Assembly (NCBI GenBank): GCA_017883305.1
Contig: JADGNU010000002.1
Coordinates: 1 to 51,639 of the forward strand
Source: Candidatus Aminicenantes bacterium
Lineage (GTDB): Bacteria > Acidobacteriota > Aminicenantia > Aminicenantales > Saccharicenantaceae
Direction: 5' to 3'
Length of the DNA: 51,639 nucleotides
Below are positions 26,351-34,602 of this stretch, one piece after another. Positions within the stretch are counted from its first letter, which is position 1. Every line of letters begins with the position of its first letter. The notes under the pieces are model-generated. The model searched no databases. It saw only the letters and a program-made list of their open reading frames with translations, and was not told the origin of the DNA. The translations under genes and the position numbers were made by a program.

Positions 26351-27634
26351 ATGACCCCCTCAAGACCCAAGGTCCTCGCTTCCGCCTACGCCTGCCACCC
26401 GGAGCCCTCGACCGCGCACTTCCCGGGTGAGGCCATTCTGGGCTGGCACCTGGCCAAGGAGATCGCCGGCTTCGCCGACCTGCACCTGATCACTTGGGCC
26501 TTCAATCGCCAAGGGGTCGAGGGAACGATCACGGACGGTGACGGCCACCCGGCGCAAGTCCATTACGTCGACCTGCCGCGAGGACTCTACGAGACGCTTC
26601 GCGACCGGCACCTGGGCGCGCGCATGTACTACTATCTTTGGCAGCGGGCTGCGGCCAAGGCCGCCGTCGAGCTCCATCGTCGCGAGGGCTTCGATCTCTT
26701 CCACCAGATCACTTTCTCGAACGACTGGATGCCGAGCTACATCGCCCCCGCCCTTCCGGTCCCCTTTATTTGGGGGCCTATCGGCGGCGGGCAGAGAGTG
26801 CCCCGCGAGCTGATGCGGACGATGGCCCGCCGCGACAGGCGCCAGGAGAGGTCGCGGACCTTCCTCCAGAACGTCTGGCGCGCGACGCCGGCCAGGCGCC
26901 GCACCGCCGAGAAGGCCTCGGCCATTCTCGTCTGCAACAAGGAGACCCGGGACGTCCTCCGGCGCTTCCGCTCGAAGATCGTCGACTTCCCGGTCAATGG
27001 CATCCGCCGCGAGGACCTGGCCGTCCGGCCCGAGCCGGCCGAGTCCCGCGATGGGTTCCGCGTTCTCTACGTCGGCCGCTTCGATCCCATCAAGGGCCTG
27101 CCGCTCGCGTTCGAAGCGCTGCGCATCCTGGCCGGCATCGCCCCCGCCGTGTCGCTCGAGCTCGTGGGCGAAGGTCCGGAGCGGCCTCGGCTCGAAGCGC
27201 TGGCCGACCGCCTCGGCATCGCCGGACGTCTGGTCTGGACGCCGTGGAGCCCCCGGTCCGAGATCTTCGCAAAGATGCGGCGGAGCGACGTCTTTCTCTT
27301 CCCCTCCATGCGCGACGGGGGAGGGGCCGTCGTCGTCGAGGCCATGGCCAACGGCCTGCCCGTCGTCTGCCTCGATCTCGCCGGCCCGGGCCTTCACGTC
27401 GGCGACGAATACGGCGTCAAGATCCCGTCGGGGCCGCCTGACGTCGTCGCCGCCGCCCTGGCCGGGGCCCTCGGCCGGTTCTGGTGCGACCCGGGCCTGC
27501 GGGCCCGCATGGGCGCCGCGGGCCGCGACAGAGCCGCCTCGTTCTACGAGTGGAGCCGCCTCGGGCAGCGGCTGCGGGGCATCTATGCCGACGCTCTGGA
27601 CGGCCGGAGCCCGCGGCAGGAGGACCGCTCGTGA
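26351..27634 (+). CDS. glycosyltransferase (GT4, group 1)
   Basis: KVLASAYACHPEPST... forms the N-domain. The C-domain carries FLFPSMRDGGGAVVVEAMANGLPVV (E-x7-E region). A GTG start at 26342 is an alternative. Confidence 0.75.
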   Translation: MTPSRPKVLASAYACHPEPSTAHFPGEAILGWHLAKEIAGFADLHLITWAFNRQGVEGTITDGDGHPAQVHYVDLPRGLYETLRDRHLGARMYYYLWQRAAAKAAVELHRREGFDLFHQITFSNDWMPSYIAPALPVPFIWGPIGGGQRVPRELMRTMARRDRRQERSRTFLQNVWRATPARRRTAEKASAILVCNKETRDVLRRFRSKIVDFPVNGIRREDLAVRPEPAESRDGFRVLYVGRFDPIKGLPLAFEALRILAGIAPAVSLELVGEGPERPRLEALADRLGIAGRLVWTPWSPRSEIFAKMRRSDVFLFPSMRDGGGAVVVEAMANGLPVVCLDLAGPGLHVGDEYGVKIPSGPPDVVAAALAGALGRFWCDPGLRARMGAAGRDRAASFYEWSRLGQRLRGIYADALDGRSPRQEDRS

Positions 27635-28833
27635 TCTTCGCCCTCTTCCTCTGGGGCATGGCCTGGGGAGGCGTGTTCACCGGGCCCTACAACCTCGTCC
27701 CGCTTCCCTCGCTGAGCGATCCCCTGGCCGTCTTCCAAGGCGCCCGGGCGCTCCTGCCCGTGGCGGCCGCTTATATCAGCATCCTCTGGGCGCTGGCTTC
27801 GCGGTCCCGTTTTCGCTTCGCCTGGACGTCGCTCGGCTTCTTCGTCTACTACGGGGCGCTCGGTCTGGCCGCCTCGATCTTCTTGTCGCCGGACCCGGTG
27901 ACGGCGCTCTATTGGGGATCGGCTTACCTCTCGCCTCTGCTCGTGACCTGGTTCATCATCGAAAGGCCCGAGCCCCTGCCCATCCTCAGGACCATCCTGC
28001 GGCTGAACGCGGCCATCGTCATCGCCCTGCTGCTGGCCGTCCTGCCCGAGGCCTACCGGTTCGGGTTCGGCCGGGCGACCCGGTTCGAGATCTATCATAT
28101 GCCCTTCGGCCTCGGCGAGGTCCGGGCCAACGGCGTCGGCCGCTACGCCCTCATCGTCCTCATCCTGGCCGCCGTGAGCCTGGCAACCTCGGCCTCGAAG
28201 AAAAAGTTCCTCTGGCTGCCGCTCGCCGTCCCGGCCGTCTTCATCCTCATGCAGACCCAGTCCCGTTCGGCCCTGCTCGGCCTGGCCGTGACCAGCATGC
28301 TCTTCGTCATCATCCGTGGCGTCGACCTGCGCTTCCTCGTCGCCGGACCCGCGGCGGCCTATGTCATCTGGGTCTCGGGCGTCACCTGGAGGGCCAAGGG
28401 CGCGCTGAGCTCGCTCGTCTTCCTCACCGGCCGCGACACCACCTGGAAGAAGGGGCTCGAGAGGATCGGCGAGTCGCCCATCTTCGGCTGGGGCTTCCAC
28501 GCCGACCGGCTCCTCATCAACGAAGAGCATATGCACAACTCGTACCTCCACGCCGGCATCCAGGCGGGCGTCATCGGCGCCCTGCTCTTCGCGGCCGGCG
28601 TCGTCGTGCTGTGGGCGTTCCTGTGGAAGAGCGGCGTCCTGCGCCGCATCCGCGAGGCCGCCGCGCCCGACCGGGCCCTTCTGACGCAGTCCGTCCTCGT
28701 TCTCGGCTTCCTCTCGGCCCGGAGCTTCTTCGAGTCGACGGCCGCCTTCTACGGCGTCGATCTCCTGCTGTTCGTTCCGGCCGTCGCTTATATCTACCAG
28801 TGGGCCTTCGACAATCCCGTCCCCGCACCATGA
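27631..28833 (+). CDS. O-antigen polymerase / ligase-like membrane protein (Wzy-type)
   Basis: The GTG start overlaps the upstream stop. The product has about 10 TM segments and a Wzy_C-like region (LMQTQSRSALLGL...FGWGF...HNSYLHAGIQAGVIGALLF). Confidence 0.7.
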   Translation: MIFALFLWGMAWGGVFTGPYNLVPLPSLSDPLAVFQGARALLPVAAAYISILWALASRSRFRFAWTSLGFFVYYGALGLAASIFLSPDPVTALYWGSAYLSPLLVTWFIIERPEPLPILRTILRLNAAIVIALLLAVLPEAYRFGFGRATRFEIYHMPFGLGEVRANGVGRYALIVLILAAVSLATSASKKKFLWLPLAVPAVFILMQTQSRSALLGLAVTSMLFVIIRGVDLRFLVAGPAAAYVIWVSGVTWRAKGALSSLVFLTGRDTTWKKGLERIGESPIFGWGFHADRLLINEEHMHNSYLHAGIQAGVIGALLFAAGVVVLWAFLWKSGVLRRIREAAAPDRALLTQSVLVLGFLSARSFFESTAAFYGVDLLLFVPAVAYIYQWAFDNPVPAP

Positions 28834-30041
28834 AGATCATCATCCACACGATGTACTACCTCCCGGACTTCGGGAGCGCGCCCATCCTCATGGACGAGCT
28901 CGCGCAGAGCCTGGCCGCCGCCGGGCACGAGGTCGAGGTCGTGACCACCCTGCCGCGGACGCGCGGCGAGGAGTTCCGCGGCCTCGTCTATTCCCGGAGG
29001 ATTGAAGGCGGCGTGGTCGTGAAGCGGCTGTGGACGAACAGCGCCGCCTTTCCGCTGGCGCGGCTTCTCGCGTGGAACATCTACACGGCCGGGGCTCTGC
29101 TCAACCAGCTGGCCGTCCGGCGCGCGGACGTTCTCTTTCTGAGGACTCCGCCCCTCCAGCTGGGCGTTCCAGCCCTCTTCGCCAAGGTCCTCCGCGGCGC
29201 GAGGGTCGTCGTCAACGTCCAGGACATTCATCCGGACCTGGCCATCGAATCCGGCATCTTGCGGAGCCCGGCCGGCATCCGCTTCGCCAAGGCGCTCGAG
29301 AAGTGGGTCTACGGCCTGGCCGACACGATCGCCGTCATCAGCGACGGATTCGCCCGGAACCTCCGCAGCAAGGGTGTCCCGGCCGCGAAGCTCGCCGTCC
29401 TGCCGAACTGGGTCGACACGGAATTCCTCAAGCCCGGGCCGAAGGACAATCCCGTCTCGCGCCGTCACGGCCTCGACGGGAAATTCGTCGTCATGTACGC
29501 CGGGACGATCAGCATCAGCAGCAACCACGCCCTCGAGCGGGCCCTCGAAGCGGCCGCGCTTCTCGCCGGGGACCGCGAGATCGTCTTCGTCGTCGTGGGA
29601 GAGGGGCTGAAGAAGGATTCGCTCCGGGAGAAGGCGGCCGCCCTGGGGCTCGGGAACGTGGTCTTCCTGCCCTTCGTGCCGTATCCGGAGCTGCCGGCCC
29701 TGCTCGCCTCGAGCGACGTCCTGCTCGTCCCCCTCGACCGGGACAAGTCGGAGCTTTCCGTGCCCTCGAAGCTCTACACCTTCATGGCCGCCGGACGGCC
29801 CATCCTCGGCTTGGCCTCGCCCGATTCGGAGGTGGCCGTCCTCCTTCGCCGGAACGACTGCGGCCTGGCCGCATCCCCGGACGACCCGGCGGCGATCGCG
29901 GCCGCCGTACGGACGCTCAAGGGCGCGCCGGAACGACGGCGCGCGCTGGGCGCCCAGGCCCGCGAGTACGTCGTCCGCCGTTTCGCCAAGGACGCGATCC
30001 TCCGTTCCTACGCCGCCCTCTTGAATTCCGTGGTATCCTAA
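28830..30041 (+). CDS. glycosyltransferase (GT4, WcaI-like)
   Basis: The start MKIIIHTMYYLPDFGSAPILMDELAQSLAAAGHEVEVVT is a WcaI-like N-terminus. The 1014-aa ORF-track entry (26997..30041) is an upstream read-through artefact. Confidence 0.8.
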   Translation: MKIIIHTMYYLPDFGSAPILMDELAQSLAAAGHEVEVVTTLPRTRGEEFRGLVYSRRIEGGVVVKRLWTNSAAFPLARLLAWNIYTAGALLNQLAVRRADVLFLRTPPLQLGVPALFAKVLRGARVVVNVQDIHPDLAIESGILRSPAGIRFAKALEKWVYGLADTIAVISDGFARNLRSKGVPAAKLAVLPNWVDTEFLKPGPKDNPVSRRHGLDGKFVVMYAGTISISSNHALERALEAAALLAGDREIVFVVVGEGLKKDSLREKAAALGLGNVVFLPFVPYPELPALLASSDVLLVPLDRDKSELSVPSKLYTFMAAGRPILGLASPDSEVAVLLRRNDCGLAASPDDPAAIAAAVRTLKGAPERRRALGAQAREYVVRRFAKDAILRSYAALLNSVVS

Positions 30042-31129
30042 TGACTGAGATGCCGACCGCCAAGAAGTTCTTCACCTACGTCCTGCCGCTGCTCTTGTGG
30101 ATGGCCCTCATCTTTCCGGTTTGGAACCGGGCCCTCGGCTCGAGCCGCATCTACGAGACGTTCGCCGACGTCTTCCGCTGGCTCCTGCCGCACGCCTCGC
30201 GGCACGCGCTCGACGTCTCTTACATCGTCCTCCGCAAGACGCTCCACTTCTTCGAGTATGGTTTCCTGGCCTTCCTCTTCTATCGAGCTTTTCGCGCCGG
30301 CCAAAAGCCCCTCTGGTCGAAGAAGACGGGCGTCCAGGCCGTCGCGGCCGCGGTCGCTTATGGTTTCACCGACGAGTACCTCCAGTCGTTCGTCCCCAAC
30401 CGCGTCGGCAGCCCTTTCGATTGGGCCGTGGACACCGCGGGCATCGTGACGGTCATCGCCTTGCTGTCCTGGGCGGGCGGCCGGCCCCATCCGGGTCCCC
30501 ATTCGAGGCCGGGACGGGCGCTGTTCCTCAAACGGCCGTTCGATATCCTCCTTTCGGGCTTCGGACTCCTCGTGTCCATTCCTCTCTGGGTCGTCATCCC
30601 TCTCGCGGTCCGGCTCGAGGACCGGGGACCCGTCTTTTACGCCCAGGAGCGCGTCGGCCGGAACGGCCTGATCTTCAAAGCGCTCAAGTTCCGGTCCATG
30701 GTCAAGGACGCCGAGACGGAGAGCGGTCCGGTCCAGGCGGTCGCCCGGGACCCGCGCGTCACCCGTGTCGGTCGCATCCTGCGGGCCACGGCCATGGACG
30801 AGCTGCCCCAGCTCGTCAATATCCTGAAGGGGGACATGAGCTTCGTCGGTCCCCGGGCCCTACGCCCGAACGAACGCGAGGTGACCGGCGGCGGGGCGGC
30901 CGTCCCGCTCACCGCCATCCCCGGGTATGCCAGGCGCCACCTCGTCCGGCCGGGGCTGACGGGGCTCGCTCAGGTCTACCTGCCCGGCGAAGCGCCGCGC
31001 CGCAAGAAGTTCCGCTGCGACCTGCTCTACATCCGCAACCGGAGCTTCTGGCTCGACCTCAAGCTCATCGGATTGTCGTTCTGGATCACGTTCCGCGGCA
31101 AGTGGGAATCCCGGGAGCCCAAGGTCTGA
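30041..31129 (+). CDS. VanZ-like domain fused to a bacterial sugar transferase (polyprenyl-phosphate hexose-1-phosphate transferase, priming enzyme)
   Basis: The ATG at 30041 overlaps the upstream TAA. The N-terminal roughly 150 aa have 4 TM segments and VanZ-like motifs (LRKTLHFFEYGFLAFLF, FTDEYLQSFVPNRVGSPFDW). The C-terminal half carries PF02397-type motifs (KRPFDILLS, KFRSM, RVTRVGRILRATAMDELPQLVNILKGDMSFVGPRA, GLTGLAQV). Confidence 0.8.
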   Translation: MTEMPTAKKFFTYVLPLLLWMALIFPVWNRALGSSRIYETFADVFRWLLPHASRHALDVSYIVLRKTLHFFEYGFLAFLFYRAFRAGQKPLWSKKTGVQAVAAAVAYGFTDEYLQSFVPNRVGSPFDWAVDTAGIVTVIALLSWAGGRPHPGPHSRPGRALFLKRPFDILLSGFGLLVSIPLWVVIPLAVRLEDRGPVFYAQERVGRNGLIFKALKFRSMVKDAETESGPVQAVARDPRVTRVGRILRATAMDELPQLVNILKGDMSFVGPRALRPNEREVTGGGAAVPLTAIPGYARRHLVRPGLTGLAQVYLPGEAPRRKKFRCDLLYIRNRSFWLDLKLIGLSFWITFRGKWESREPKV

Positions 31130-31131
31130 TC

Positions 31132-32319
31132 ATGAAGAAAGCGGATGTGATCGTGGTCGGGGCGGGGCCGAGCGGGCTGCGCACGGCGGCCCGGCTGGCC
31201 GGCGCGGGCCTCGAAGTGCGGGTCCTGGAAAAAAAGCCGCGCGTCGGCGCGTGCGTCCTCTGCACCGGGATCGTCGGCCGCGAAGTCTTCGACGACTTCG
31301 GCCTCGACCGGAGCCCGATCGTCGAGGAGCTCCGCCGCGTCCGGCTGGTCTCGCCGTTCGCGACCGAGCTCATCTACGAGCACCCGCGGCCGTTCGCCTG
31401 CGTCGTCGATCGCGAACGGTTCGACGGCGCCCTGGCCGGGTCCGTCGCGGCCGCCGGCGCCGAGATCGTCTGTAATACCCGGGTCGAGGACATCGACGTC
31501 CGCCCGGACGGGGTCGAAGTCTCGGTCAAGGACGAGGCCGGCGCCGTCCGGCGCGAAGGCGCGGCCGTGGCCGTGCTGGCCACGGGCGTCGATTTCGGCC
31601 TCCAAAAGAAGCTCGGCCTGTCCTCGCCTCGGGACTTCCTGAAGGGGGCCCAGGTCGAGTGCTCGTTCCCCGGCGCCGACATGACCACGCTCTTCTTCGG
31701 ACGGGACATCGCTCCGGGCGCGTTCGCCTGGTCGGTCCCGGCCGGCGATGGCCGGGCGAGGATCGGCCTCCTGACCCGGAAGGACCCGAAGGCCTGCCTC
31801 CGCCGGCTGCTCGATCGCAGTTTCGACGGTGTCCGGATCACGGCCGAGCAGAGCGGCATTCGGACGAAACCCGTCGCCCAGGGACTGCTCGCCAAGACCT
31901 CCGGCGACCGCGTCCTGGCCGTCGGCGAAGCCGCCGGCCAGACCAAGACGACGACCGGCGGCGGGATCAGCTACGGTCTCGCCTGCGCCGACCTGGCGGC
32001 GGACGTCATCCGCGAGTGCTTCGACCGCTCGTCGTTCGGCCCGGCCGGCCTGGCCGCCTACGAGCGGCGCTGGAAGGCCCTTCTGCAAAAGGAGATCCTC
32101 GTCGGCCAATGCACCCGTCGGATGTGCGCCCGGCTGAGCGACGGACGCATCGAAAGCCTGTTCCAACTGGCCCGCACCGACGGTATCGTGCCTATCATCC
32201 GCGACATGGCCGACTTTGACCGTCACAGCGGACTCATCTTCGCCCTGCTGCAGCGGTTGTCCTTCATGAAGTTCTTTCGCGACGTGAAAGACCGCCTCGG
32301 GCCGATGAGCCTGTCCTAA
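31132..32319 (+). CDS. FAD-dependent oxidoreductase, geranylgeranyl-reductase family
   Basis: A GxGxxG dinucleotide motif lies in DVIVVGAGPSGLRTAARLA. The motifs CTGIVG and LAVGEAAGQTKTTTGGGISYGL are typical of the GGR family. Confidence 0.7.
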   Translation: MKKADVIVVGAGPSGLRTAARLAGAGLEVRVLEKKPRVGACVLCTGIVGREVFDDFGLDRSPIVEELRRVRLVSPFATELIYEHPRPFACVVDRERFDGALAGSVAAAGAEIVCNTRVEDIDVRPDGVEVSVKDEAGAVRREGAAVAVLATGVDFGLQKKLGLSSPRDFLKGAQVECSFPGADMTTLFFGRDIAPGAFAWSVPAGDGRARIGLLTRKDPKACLRRLLDRSFDGVRITAEQSGIRTKPVAQGLLAKTSGDRVLAVGEAAGQTKTTTGGGISYGLACADLAADVIRECFDRSSFGPAGLAAYERRWKALLQKEILVGQCTRRMCARLSDGRIESLFQLARTDGIVPIIRDMADFDRHSGLIFALLQRLSFMKFFRDVKDRLGPMSLS

Positions 32320-32340
32320 CAACCCTGCGAAGCGGACAGT

Positions 32341-32366
32341 CCTCAAAGGCATCCCCGCCTTTGAGG
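32341..32366 (+). terminator. 10-bp GC-rich hairpin without a T-run (possible terminator or processing site)
   Basis: CCTCAAAGGC-ATCCCC-GCCTTTGAGG lies between the reductase stop (32319) and the OMP start (32401). No U-tract follows it. Confidence 0.25.
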
Positions 32367-32400
32367 GCGGGACCGATCAGCGATAACATCAAGACTTCCG

Positions 32401-33663
32401 ATGAAAAGAACGATCAGCCTGGCCGCCTGTCTCCTCGTCCTCGCGGCCGCGGCGCCCCTGTCCGGGCAGTCTCACCGGAGCTACCGGGAGGAGTACGACT
32501 CCGTCCGGCAGCTCACGAGGCTCCGCGTCGGACCCGTCCGGCTTGTCCCGGTCTTCCGGCTGTCGGACGCCGGCTACGATTCGAATGTGTATTTCCGCGA
32601 GGAGGGAAGCGGGGCCGTGGGAGACGCCACCGCGACCCTATCGCCGGAGCTCCGCGGCTACTGGCTCATCGGCAGCTCGATCATCCTTTCGGCGACCGAG
32701 AATCCGGAATACCTGGCCTTCGCCCGGGAGAAATCACTCCGGGCGTTCACCAACAGTGTTTCCGCGGGCCTGCGCTGGCTCCTCCTGCGGCGCTTTTCGC
32801 TGTCGGCCGAGTACCACGCCTTGAGCCATGTCCGACGGTCCCTGAGCGAGCTCGACCGCCGCATCCGCGACACGGCGACGGGCGCCACGGGCGGACTCTT
32901 CTTCGAGACGGCCCGCGGCACCGCTTTCGGGTTCGCCGGGACCGTGGACGACTTCCGCTACAAGGACGTCGCCTCAGGCATCCCGGACGATATTTACGGG
33001 CGCATGCTCGACCGCAGGGAAGCCTCCGCGGCCGTCGAGCTCTACTACCGGGTCTTTTCCGCGAGCTCTCTCTTCGCGACCGTAGGCGTGACCCGTTATG
33101 ATTTCAGTCACCCGGAATCGGCCTGGCGCGACGGGTCCTCGTTCCAGGCCTGGGGCGGCTTCCGCTTCCCGCTCTCCGGGCGGGCCCGGGGGGCGGTCCG
33201 TATCGGCTGGAAGTCCTTCCGTCCCGACGCCTCGGACCGGAAGCCCTTCGCGGGCTTCGTCGCGGCCACGGACGTCGCCTTTCGCCTAGGGCGTCTCGGC
33301 GTCACCCTCGGGCTCGATCGCGACAACGCCTTCTCCTACAACGAGAGTGCCTTTTATTACGTGGACACCCGGGCCCGGGCCGGCGTGTCGCTCTATATCG
33401 CTGAGTTCCTTCGCCTCGATGGCGGCGTCCAATACGGCACCATCTCCTATCCCGAGCCGCAACAGGTCTGGTGGGACGGTGTGCTGATCGTCGTCGACCG
33501 GCGCAAGGACATCCAGCGGAACTTTTCGGTCGGTCCGGTCGTCCGGCTCAGCGGGACGGTCGGTCTCGGCCTGACCTACAATTTCTACAAGCGGACGTCC
33601 AACGCCCCGGGCTTCGATGTCCGCCGGAATTTCGTCGGGGCTTTCATCACCTATGAGTTCTAG
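32401..33663 (+). CDS. outer-membrane beta-barrel protein (EPS-locus associated)
   Basis: A signal peptide (MKRTISLAACLLVLAAAAPLSGQ) is followed by alternating strand patterns. The C-terminus GAFITYEF is the aromatic-terminal OMP signature. Confidence 0.7.
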   Translation: MKRTISLAACLLVLAAAAPLSGQSHRSYREEYDSVRQLTRLRVGPVRLVPVFRLSDAGYDSNVYFREEGSGAVGDATATLSPELRGYWLIGSSIILSATENPEYLAFAREKSLRAFTNSVSAGLRWLLLRRFSLSAEYHALSHVRRSLSELDRRIRDTATGATGGLFFETARGTAFGFAGTVDDFRYKDVASGIPDDIYGRMLDRREASAAVELYYRVFSASSLFATVGVTRYDFSHPESAWRDGSSFQAWGGFRFPLSGRARGAVRIGWKSFRPDASDRKPFAGFVAATDVAFRLGRLGVTLGLDRDNAFSYNESAFYYVDTRARAGVSLYIAEFLRLDGGVQYGTISYPEPQQVWWDGVLIVVDRRKDIQRNFSVGPVVRLSGTVGLGLTYNFYKRTSNAPGFDVRRNFVGAFITYEF

Positions 33664-33684
33664 CTCCGGCCGAAGGAGTCGTCC

Positions 33685-34578
33685 ATGAACAATATCACGA
33701 AGGCCGTCGGGCTGGCCGCCCTGGCTGCGGTCGTCCTCGCCGGTACGGCCGTCGCGGGGCAGGCTTCCAGTACTGCGGTGCTGGGAACCAGCACCGCTGT
33801 GCAAGGGACCAGCACCGAATACAAGATCGGGCCCAAGGACCTGCTCGAGATCACGGTCCTCGGCGTCCAGGAGATCAACAAGCTCGTCGTCCGCGTCTCC
33901 GAGGAAGGCCGGATCACCCTGCCGCTCCTGGGGGAGGTCTTGGTCGGCGACCTGACCAAGTTCGAGGTCGAGAAGAAGCTGACCGGCCTCGCCGGGGAGA
34001 GGATCGTCCTCAAGCCCCAGGTGACCGTCCACATCCTGGAATACCTCAGCCGCCGCGTCTCGGTTGTCGGTGCGGTCGAAAAGCCGGGGCCGTTCGAACT
34101 CCTCGGCCGCCGGACGGTCCTCGCCGCGATCTCCGAGGCGGGCGGGCTGACGAGGGATGCGGGCGAGGAGATCATCATCATCCGCCAGCTCCCGGACGGC
34201 GCCAACACGTCCATCCGCATCTCCATTGACGGCCTCTTCGTCCAAGGCGACCCGAAGCTCAATGTGACCCTCGAGCCGGGCGATGTCATCAACGTCCCGG
34301 TCGACAAGGCCGTGCCGATCTATGTCTTCGGCCAGGTCCGGAACCCGGGGGCCCTCCAGGTCAAGAAGTCGAGCCTGCCGACGCTGACCCAGGCCATCGC
34401 CCAGGCCGGCGGGTTCACCGACCGGGCCAATCGCAAAAAGGTCCAGATCCGGCGCAAGGACGCCTCGGGCAAAGAGATCGCGATCAACGTCAACGTCCGC
34501 AACGTGCTCAAGGGGAAGGTCAAGGACGTTCCCCTCCAGATCAACGATACCGTCTACGTCCCGGAAAGCGTGCTCTAG
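33685..34578 (+). CDS. wza: polysaccharide export protein (Wza-like: Poly_export plus SLBB)
   Basis: After a signal peptide come YKIGPKDLLEITV, the motif PLLGEV.VGDLT and repeated SLBB-like segments (GAVEKPGPFEL..., GQVRNPGALQV...). It ends NDTVYVPES. Confidence 0.8.
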   Translation: MNNITKAVGLAALAAVVLAGTAVAGQASSTAVLGTSTAVQGTSTEYKIGPKDLLEITVLGVQEINKLVVRVSEEGRITLPLLGEVLVGDLTKFEVEKKLTGLAGERIVLKPQVTVHILEYLSRRVSVVGAVEKPGPFELLGRRTVLAAISEAGGLTRDAGEEIIIIRQLPDGANTSIRISIDGLFVQGDPKLNVTLEPGDVINVPVDKAVPIYVFGQVRNPGALQVKKSSLPTLTQAIAQAGGFTDRANRKKVQIRRKDASGKEIAINVNVRNVLKGKVKDVPLQINDTVYVPESVL

Positions 34579-34602
34579 TCCGGGCGTTCGGGGAGAACTG
34601 CC

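Noticed and set aside
26997-30041. A 1014-aa ORF that looks like a giant multi-domain protein spanning three EPS genes.
   Set aside because: Only the last 403 aa (from MKIIIHTMYY at 28830) look like a protein, a GT4. The upstream part is an out-of-frame read-through over the GT4 and Wzy genes and has Arg/Pro/Gly-rich composition. The same applies to 29030..31129, 30097..32319, 23939..25450 and 6717..8462, whose real starts are internal.
33760-33815. A short tandem repeat in the Wza N-terminus (STAVLGTSTAVQGTSTE; DNA GGAACCAGCACCGCTGTGC / GGGACCAGCACCGAA).
   Set aside because: It is two imperfect copies in a low-complexity linker after the signal peptide, probably a trivial duplication, and it does not disturb the frame.
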